A stretch of DNA of 64,000 bases. It comes from Candidatus Kapaibacterium sp. Its GTDB lineage: Bacteria; Bacteroidota; Ignavibacteria; Kapaibacteriales; Kapaibacteriaceae. Position 1 is the first letter of the stretch. Every line of letters starts with the position of its first letter. The stretch lies in the NCBI GenBank assembly GCA_044224925.1, contig JBGAJM010000010.1, positions 914-64,913 of the forward strand, given 5' to 3'. Shown here in pieces: positions 57,912-64,000 of this stretch. A model generated the notes under the pieces. It was not told the DNA's origin. It ran no database searches and was given only the letters and a program-made list of their open reading frames with translations. Made by a program: the position numbers and the translations under genes.

Positions 57912-59405
57912 ATGTCTGTGACTGCCGTTGGGATCGACCTCGGTACGACGTATACAGTGCTCTCTGCGATCAATCCGGCCGGAAAACCGGAGATCATTGC
58001 AAACCGAGATGGTGATCGGATCACCGCATCTGCCGTGCTTTTCCAAGCCGATGGGACGACCGTTGTGGGTCAGCATGCAGCAGAGAGCGCAGAGCTGGAG
58101 CCCGAGCGCGTCGTACGCTGGGTAAAGCGGCACATTGGTGATCCCTCGTGGAAGTTCACCCTTGATGGTGTCGACCACACGGCCGTTGACCTTTCCGCCA
58201 TGATCCTTGCCAGTGTTCGCGATCAAGCTGCCGACGTGATCGGAGCGTTTGTGCAGGCCGTGATCACTGTGCCGGCCTACTTTGATGAGTTCCGCCGAAA
58301 GGCCACGATGGATGCGGCTGCAAAGGCCGGCATCGATGTGCTTCGCATCATCAACGAACCAACGGCGGCAGCACTTGCCTACACGACAACAGGAACGGTG
58401 GAAGGGAATGTTCTTGTGTATGACCTTGGGGGCGGAACGTTCGACGTATCGATCGTCCGCGTCGACTCGCCCACACAGATGACCGTGATCGCATCCGAAG
58501 GTGATCATCAACTTGGCGGTGTGGACTTCGATCGCAGGCTGGCGATCTACTTCGATGAACTCTTCAAGGCCGAGCATAGCGTGTCTCTCTTGGATGGCAG
58601 CGACGAATCTGCAATGCAGCACACGCTGGTAGAAGCCGAGAAGGCGAAGAAGAAGCTCACAACCGTAGCAACGGCCAATGGTGTGTTGTTGCGACGTGGC
58701 GACGCCGTGCTCATGACGTCGGTAGATCGCGCGACCTTCACAACTCGAACGGCCGATCTGCTCGTTCGAACAGAGATGCTCCTGGATGAAGCATTGGATG
58801 CTGCGGCACTTCGGTCCGAGGATATCTCGAATGTCATCCTTGTTGGCGGGTCATCGCGCATGCCACAGGTACACGACATGTTGCGGAAGAAGTTCAACCG
58901 TGAACCACTGCGCCATATCAATCCTGACGAGGCCGTGGCACTTGGTGCAGCCGTCCAAGCGGGTCTGATCTTGCATGAGAAGGGCTCGTATCGGAACGAG
59001 GCTACGTCTGCAACCTATCTTGCCCATACCAAGGTAACAGACGTCACGAATCACAGCTATGGGGCCATTGTGATCGAAACGGAATTCACTGGCGCACGCA
59101 AGCGAAACTCCATCATGATCCGGAAGAACACGCCGATCCCTTGCTCGAGAACACAAACGTTCTATACGTTAGCTCCCAATCAAACGATCGTGTCTTGTCA
59201 GATCACGCAAGGCGAAGATGAAGATCCGAGTTTTGTGAATGTGATCGCCGAAGGTGAGCTGGAGCTTCCGTCGGGACGACCATCCGGATGTGAGATCCGC
59301 GTCACGTATCGCTATGATGCGAATGGACGCATGTCGTGCACGTATCTCGACGTGTTGACGGGGATCTCAAAGGACTTCGATCTCGACCACTCGTCTAGGG
59401 GCTAG
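57912..59405 (+). CDS. Hsp70-family protein, short form (about 497 aa, truncated substrate-binding lid)
   Basis: MSVTAVGIDLGTTYTVLSAI (phosphate-1 motif), VLVYDLGGGTFDVSIV, ILVGGSSRMPQV. Shorter than DnaK, comparable to the HscC/YegD class. Confidence 0.8.
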   Translation: MSVTAVGIDLGTTYTVLSAINPAGKPEIIANRDGDRITASAVLFQADGTTVVGQHAAESAELEPERVVRWVKRHIGDPSWKFTLDGVDHTAVDLSAMILASVRDQAADVIGAFVQAVITVPAYFDEFRRKATMDAAAKAGIDVLRIINEPTAAALAYTTTGTVEGNVLVYDLGGGTFDVSIVRVDSPTQMTVIASEGDHQLGGVDFDRRLAIYFDELFKAEHSVSLLDGSDESAMQHTLVEAEKAKKKLTTVATANGVLLRRGDAVLMTSVDRATFTTRTADLLVRTEMLLDEALDAAALRSEDISNVILVGGSSRMPQVHDMLRKKFNREPLRHINPDEAVALGAAVQAGLILHEKGSYRNEATSATYLAHTKVTDVTNHSYGAIVIETEFTGARKRNSIMIRKNTPIPCSRTQTFYTLAPNQTIVSCQITQGEDEDPSFVNVIAEGELELPSGRPSGCEIRVTYRYDANGRMSCTYLDVLTGISKDFDLDHSSRG

Positions 59406-59406
59406 T

Positions 59407-60591
59407 GTGCTATCGGCATTCCTCTTCTTTCTCCTTGTGCGCTTCATCTTCTACCTGATGAAGGACAAGGACACATCTGCCGAAAAGGTACCCACAGGTG
59501 GTTGGCGCCTGCGTCGTAAGGCGAAGAAGGGGATCACGCTCGACATTCGCACGGTCACGAGATCTAACGACGAAGAAGATCTACGAATGTCCATTCTTCG
59601 ATTCTCTGTGAACGGGATCATCGACGTTGTGCACGCGGATCGAGCGGTCACATGTGTCGTGCGTTTCTACGACATCACCAAGGGAACATCGCACGAGCTA
59701 CCGATCTACAGCACGCACCATGCCATCGCCAATGAGCGCGCTGAAGCAGTGATCGTGTTCAAAGCGTTTTCACGATCGGTCTTCTGCGTCTTCACCGACT
59801 TTGAGATCGGTCTGGTCTCACCGCACTTCCTGCACTGTCCATACCACGGCGAGAGCACGATCCTCGCAACGCTGACCGTGATCGACACAACGTATCCGGA
59901 GATCGAGTTCGGAACCTGTTCGGCAACCTTTACGATGACGGAGACTTCGATCGGATATGTCGCCATCCAAGAGATCGTGAAGGATCGGGTCAAACCTATC
60001 TGCGACCTTGTTGCGACCATCCTCACGCGCGATGAACCCGTTGAGCACGACGTTGTTACCGGTGCATGTGCATACGTAGCCGATCTTGGACGTGATGCGC
60101 TTCCGTGGCACCTTGTTGAGAGCATCGTGCAGACCGCCATGGAAGCGTCCATGCGCGACGCGCAACGGACAGCGCTGCCGCGCATGGACCTGCTCAAGCA
60201 ACAGATCGCCGCCATCGATGTTGACGAGTATCCCGGGATCGGCGAGCTTCTCTGTTCCATCTGCTTCTTCTGTTACGGGCAGCTCGGTGGGATCTCTGAT
60301 GAAGCGCAACAGGTTGTATCGTTGATCTGTGCGCGGTTCGATGTGCCCAGAGAGCTGATGCTCGAATTGCGCGACAGCTTTATCCGAACGCATATGTATG
60401 ATGCCGACGTGAATCCGATCCTGGCAGAGATGCCGGAGGGTCTGGATCGCGACCAGCAGATCCAGTATCTCCATGACGAGTACCGGCGTTGGCGACAACG
60501 CGTGACGAATGTCGATCAGGATGTCGTTCGCGAAGCCACCCATCGCTTGGAGCTGATCGCATCATTGAGAGCCAGCCTCTCTTCTTCGTGA
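59407..60591 (+). CDS. membrane-anchored protein with TerB-like region and degenerate J-like C-terminus (paralog A)
   Basis: N-terminal TM helix MLSAFLFFLLVRFIFYL. C-terminus ...RTHMYDADVNPILAEMPEGLDRDQQIQYLHDEYRRWRQRVTNVDQDVVREATHRLELIASLR. Two-nt gap after the Hsp70 gene. Confidence 0.5.
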   Translation: MLSAFLFFLLVRFIFYLMKDKDTSAEKVPTGGWRLRRKAKKGITLDIRTVTRSNDEEDLRMSILRFSVNGIIDVVHADRAVTCVVRFYDITKGTSHELPIYSTHHAIANERAEAVIVFKAFSRSVFCVFTDFEIGLVSPHFLHCPYHGESTILATLTVIDTTYPEIEFGTCSATFTMTETSIGYVAIQEIVKDRVKPICDLVATILTRDEPVEHDVVTGACAYVADLGRDALPWHLVESIVQTAMEASMRDAQRTALPRMDLLKQQIAAIDVDEYPGIGELLCSICFFCYGQLGGISDEAQQVVSLICARFDVPRELMLELRDSFIRTHMYDADVNPILAEMPEGLDRDQQIQYLHDEYRRWRQRVTNVDQDVVREATHRLELIASLRASLSSS

Positions 60592-60594
60592 GTA

Positions 60595-61776
60595 TTGTCC
60601 ATGCAGATCTGGCTCATCATCGTTGTCTTCATTGCCGTTGCGGCGATCGTGTACCTGCTGATCGTCGCACGAAGACCCGACGTTACGGCGTCGACCGTTC
60701 GTATGGCAACGGCAGATGGGGATGAAGCGCCTCCACTCATACTCCGCGATGGCTTGGTCATGGATGATGCAGGGAATGCCCGCCCCATCAAAGAAGTGGT
60801 GCTGACACACGCACTCTACCTGCGCGCATCCCGAGGTACGTGTCTCGTGCATGTTCAGCTCCTCGACATCACCGAAGGCGAAGTCATGGCGTGGCCGGTC
60901 TACTCCACGATGTCCGAATGGACGAATGACCACGCTGAAGTGAACTACGTCTTGAGCTACCCCATCGAAGATCATGTCGTTCCTTTGCATGGTCACGTTA
61001 TTGGATCGATCCAGCTCGACACGCTTCAATGCGCCAAGAGCGGACCGCGGACCTTGCGCGTCATGGTATCATTGTTCAGAGAGGATGTGGTTGACGAATT
61101 CATCGTTCGCAACACCGTCGACTTCCCATACGTCGAGACGGGACCCGGTTACGAGCAGATCCACAAAGAATGCGCCTTCGACGTAGATCAACTGTCAGGC
61201 ATCGGGATCGCAGCCGCAACGCTTCTCGGAGAGCTTCACAACGAGCGCATTGCGCTCGTCGAATCGATCCTTCTTGAAGCGTACGTTCCCACGATGCCGT
61301 ATCGCGTCTATGCATCGTTTGTTGCTCAGGGCCTACGGAAGGCCATCGATGTATGGAATGAGGCCAATCCGTCATTCGAAGAGGTGCTTCGGCATCATGC
61401 GAATGTGTTGACGTCAAGTACGGATGTTCGCATGCGAGCATTTGCCTATGAGCTCTGCCTGCGCGTGTTCGCCGACCTGCACACGATGAATGAAGCAGCG
61501 ATGAATGCGTTGCATGATCTGGAGTCCACGCTTGAGCTCGATGAAGCGACCCGGAACGAATTACAACACCGGTATCTGCGCACGAAGATGTATGATGCCG
61601 ATGTTGATCCGATCCTTCTCGAAATGCCGCCCGATCTTGACAGAGATGCGAAGATCGAATACCTGGACGGACAGTATCGAGCCTGGCGGCGGCGCGTGAC
61701 CAATGCCGACCCGGAGATCGCCGCCGAAGCCGCTCGGCGCCTCGATCGTATTGCACACCATCGAGCCAAGCTCTAG
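60595..61776 (+). CDS. membrane-anchored paralog B of the preceding gene
   Basis: N-terminal TM helix IWLIIVVFIAVAAIVYLLIV. The C-terminal block RTKMYDADVDPILLEMPPDLDRDAKIEYLDGQYRAWRRRVTNADPEIAAEAARRLDRIAHHR is homologous to paralog A. Confidence 0.5.
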   Translation: MSMQIWLIIVVFIAVAAIVYLLIVARRPDVTASTVRMATADGDEAPPLILRDGLVMDDAGNARPIKEVVLTHALYLRASRGTCLVHVQLLDITEGEVMAWPVYSTMSEWTNDHAEVNYVLSYPIEDHVVPLHGHVIGSIQLDTLQCAKSGPRTLRVMVSLFREDVVDEFIVRNTVDFPYVETGPGYEQIHKECAFDVDQLSGIGIAAATLLGELHNERIALVESILLEAYVPTMPYRVYASFVAQGLRKAIDVWNEANPSFEEVLRHHANVLTSSTDVRMRAFAYELCLRVFADLHTMNEAAMNALHDLESTLELDEATRNELQHRYLRTKMYDADVDPILLEMPPDLDRDAKIEYLDGQYRAWRRRVTNADPEIAAEAARRLDRIAHHRAKL

Positions 61777-61777
61777 C

Positions 61778-62773
61778 ATGATCGACCTTACTTCCTTCGA
61801 ACGCACATGCGAGCAGGTTCGCTTCTCGGTCCACGAGCCCTATGCCGACGTCGCCTCGGCCTCTTCATCGTATTCGCTTGCGCATGTGCGGCTGACGGGG
61901 TTGCAAGTGACCTCCACCTCGGTCCCCATCCTCCATCGCGCACTCGAACGCGCAGCCGCATCACTCATGCTTGATGTTCTCCCGGAGATCTACGTGGTCG
62001 CGCAGTCGGAGCCGAATGCCCACGTGTTCTCGCATGGATCCGCACAATCGCCCGTGGTGGTCGTGAACAGCGGACTTGTGCAATTGCTACGTCCGCCGGA
62101 GCTCGAATTCGTTCTCGCGCATGAACTTGCCCACTTCGGTTTGCGACACGATGCGCAAGCTCGCTCGCAATCGATGCAGCGCAATGCCGAGATCAGCGCA
62201 GATCGCGTCGCTCTCGTGGCCTGTAAGAGCCTAACGCTTTGTACGAGAGTGATGATCACGTTGGCAAGTGGACTTCCGATGGAATATCTCGGACTGGACA
62301 TCGACACCTTTGTCCGTCAGCTCGATGTAGATGCCGATGAGGCTGCACGTCGCTGGGAGTTTCAAAGCACCCACCCGGCGTTGCCCTTCCGCCTTTGGGC
62401 CTTGCTCCGTTTCAGTCATAGCGATGTATTTGCCCGCCTTTCCGGTCAGGGAATGGATGGCCTCCCCTTGGAGCAGATCGATGACGAGATCGATGCACGC
62501 GCATCGACCATGCATCGAGAGGACGACGCCGAAGACACCACATATGCAACAGCCTTGGCCTGGCACAGTGTACGCAAGGTTCTGCAGGGCGGAAAGGTGG
62601 ATGCGGATGGGTACTCAGATCTCGTCAAGAAGTGCGGAAGCGACTATGCCTATCATGTCACGGCCATTGCCTTGGCGCGTGGTCCCGAAGCCGTAGCGGC
62701 GCAGGCGAAACGCTCATTGCAACGACTGCAGGACACACATCCCGAACTTGCACGGAAGCTCATGTCGGCATAA
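61778..62773 (+). CDS. M48-family-like zinc metallopeptidase (soluble, HExxH)
   Basis: HELAHFGLRHD zinc-binding motif with a downstream Glu (NAEISADR). Start at MIDLTSFERT (61778), 2 nt after the paralog B stop. No TM helices seen. Confidence 0.55.
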   Translation: MIDLTSFERTCEQVRFSVHEPYADVASASSSYSLAHVRLTGLQVTSTSVPILHRALERAAASLMLDVLPEIYVVAQSEPNAHVFSHGSAQSPVVVVNSGLVQLLRPPELEFVLAHELAHFGLRHDAQARSQSMQRNAEISADRVALVACKSLTLCTRVMITLASGLPMEYLGLDIDTFVRQLDVDADEAARRWEFQSTHPALPFRLWALLRFSHSDVFARLSGQGMDGLPLEQIDDEIDARASTMHREDDAEDTTYATALAWHSVRKVLQGGKVDADGYSDLVKKCGSDYAYHVTAIALARGPEAVAAQAKRSLQRLQDTHPELARKLMSA

Positions 62774-62788
62774 CGATCGCGCACGACC

Positions 62789-62846
62789 AACTCGTCACTC
62801 GTCACTCGTCACTTGTAACTTGTCACTCGTCACTCGTAACTCTCTT
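62789..62846. repeat. short array of the 9-mer CTCGTCACT / CTTGTAACT in the convergent intergenic region
   Basis: aactcgtcactcgtcactcgtcacttgtaacttgtcactcgtcactcgtaactc. Confidence 0.85.
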
Positions 62847-63719
62847 CCTCATTTTCTTCCACCCGAACGCTGCCATTGGCGCCACCACTACTGCCCAGAG
62901 CCATTGCCAGTTCTTGCTGACGAACCCTGCCACCATTTGCCCTACCGTGACGTTGACGCGGATCTGATGCTCGTACGTCTTGATCGAACGCGTGATCTCT
63001 TTGCCGTCAACATTGAGTTTGGTGGAGAGTGAGACGTTCAGGAAATGCTCGCCGGGTTCTGTTGGCGTTACCTGCCAGCGCCATTCGGTGTCGTCTGCTT
63101 CGAGAATTCCTTGCTCTGCCGGTGTGAGCTCCGTGATCTCGAACCCATCGCCTGAGAGTTTGGCCGTCACAACGTTGCCGATGTTCACCGCGGCGCCTTC
63201 AACGCTACCGCTCTCAACGATCTCTTGCTTGAGCTCTTCGACCGTCTTCTGCACGGAGAGTCGCAACTGCACACGCTGCACATCGTCGAGCTGGATCTCG
63301 TCGGGAGCATTGAAGGCAATGCTTGCGCGCTGTGTGGTGATCCGCAACGTGGCAGGTGTTGGCGTTGGCGTTGTGACGGGTGCGGGATCAGGCGATGCTG
63401 TCGTGGTTGCAGGCGTACGCGAAGGACGGATGGACGTCGATGTCGGTATGTGCGAGAACGTTCGCGGTATTGTGCTCCCCGAACCGGATGAACTCGTTCT
63501 CGGCACGGGAACAGGACGTGGTCGAGGCGGATGTGCGATCACGTGCGACGAGGTCGATCGTACTGATATTGCGGTTGCGGTCATGCGAACAGTGTCGCTT
63601 GCGAGAACCACTTCGTCCGGCGCCGTTTCCTTCATCGTAGCAGGTCGCTCGGGTTCACCACAGGAACACAACAATGCACACAACGAAATGGTCGAGATCA
63701 CGATGGTCATCGTCTTCAT
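62823..63719 (-). CDS. hypothetical lipoprotein-like protein with a Pro/Thr-rich linker and a C-terminal TM helix
   Basis: Start MKTMTIVISTISLCALLCSCGEP (lipobox). PT-rich segment (PATTTASPDPAPVTTPTPTPA). C-terminal WQWLWAVVVAPMAAFGWKKMRKR. The ORF-track N-terminal extension overlaps the upstream gene and was trimmed. Confidence 0.45.
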   Translation of the reverse strand: MKTMTIVISTISLCALLCSCGEPERPATMKETAPDEVVLASDTVRMTATAISVRSTSSHVIAHPPRPRPVPVPRTSSSGSGSTIPRTFSHIPTSTSIRPSRTPATTTASPDPAPVTTPTPTPATLRITTQRASIAFNAPDEIQLDDVQRVQLRLSVQKTVEELKQEIVESGSVEGAAVNIGNVVTAKLSGDGFEITELTPAEQGILEADDTEWRWQVTPTEPGEHFLNVSLSTKLNVDGKEITRSIKTYEHQIRVNVTVGQMVAGFVSKNWQWLWAVVVAPMAAFGWKKMRKRVTSDE

Positions 63720-64000
63720 GCTGCTCCCTCCATCACCACTTCTTGCTGTTGCGTCATCATACGCTTCTCGGCCTGCATGGACGTGATGGCTCGCACCATC
63801 AGGACAGAGAGAACAACGGCCAACAGTTCGAAGATGTCGCTGATCAGCATACCCCATGAGAGACCGAGATAGCCTTCGGCCGTTTCGACCATTCTTCCTG
63901 CACGCAACATGGCGCCAGCAGCCAACTGTGCCAACACGAAGGCCGACCACCACCAGACGATCAGCATTGATGTTGACGAGCGCATCCATGCAAGACCGCC
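63716..64000 (-). CDS. membrane protein, C-terminal part (gene continues beyond the window end)
   Basis: Hydrophobic ORF ending at 63716, overlapping the downstream lipoprotein start by 4 nt (ATGA). The upstream portion lies outside the window. Confidence 0.35.
   Translation of the reverse strand, partial: GGLAWMRSSTSMLIVWWWSAFVLAQLAAGAMLRAGRMVETAEGYLGLSWGMLISDIFELLAVVLSVLMVRAITSMQAEKRMMTQQQEVVMEGAA

Noticed and set aside
59706-60543. 184-aa and 241-aa minus-strand ORFs
   Set aside because: Antisense to the Hsp70-associated paralog A gene, which has clear TM and conserved C-terminal motifs.

Overview
High-GC (~58-60%) bacterial chromosomal window. Five proteins end in T9SS (Por) C-terminal sorting domains, so the host is probably an FCB-group (Bacteroidota-like) lineage.

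1-28.3 kb is a dense defense island on the minus strand. A type I R-M operon (hsdM-hsdS ... hsdR) is split by an inserted Gabija-like pair (OLD-family ATPase/TOPRIM nuclease plus a frameshifted UvrD-like helicase), an ImmA/IrrE-DUF4411 pair and a DMP19/DUF4375-like gene. Next come two T9SS cargo proteins, Mrr, an unclassified translationally coupled operon (446-aa unknown - two-HKD PLD nuclease - SNF2 helicase - small protein), an ASCH protein, a WYL regulator and an AbiEi/AbiEii pair.

28.3-56.6 kb holds eight paralogous TPR + class III adenylyl cyclase genes arranged as four translationally coupled pairs. Their catalytic domains carry in-frame 12-nt tandem repeats encoding (S-H-S-V)n at two loop positions, with copy number ranging from 0 to 13. 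The same 12-mer, a 9-mer (TCACTCGTC/TCACTTGTC), CT-rich 12-mers and a 24-mer also form intergenic tandem arrays, and a chimeric 85-aa cyclase C-terminal remnant sits between two genes. Interspersed are a T9SS esterase, an AAA ATPase, a Fic protein, an OMP, a T9SS SBBP beta-propeller protein and an XRE/DUF2178 pair.

56.8-62.8 kb is an operon of a serine hydrolase, a short Hsp70-like protein, two paralogous membrane-anchored TerB/J-like proteins (no HPD motif) and a soluble M48 peptidase. No rRNA, tRNA, CRISPR array, transposase or integrase was recognised.
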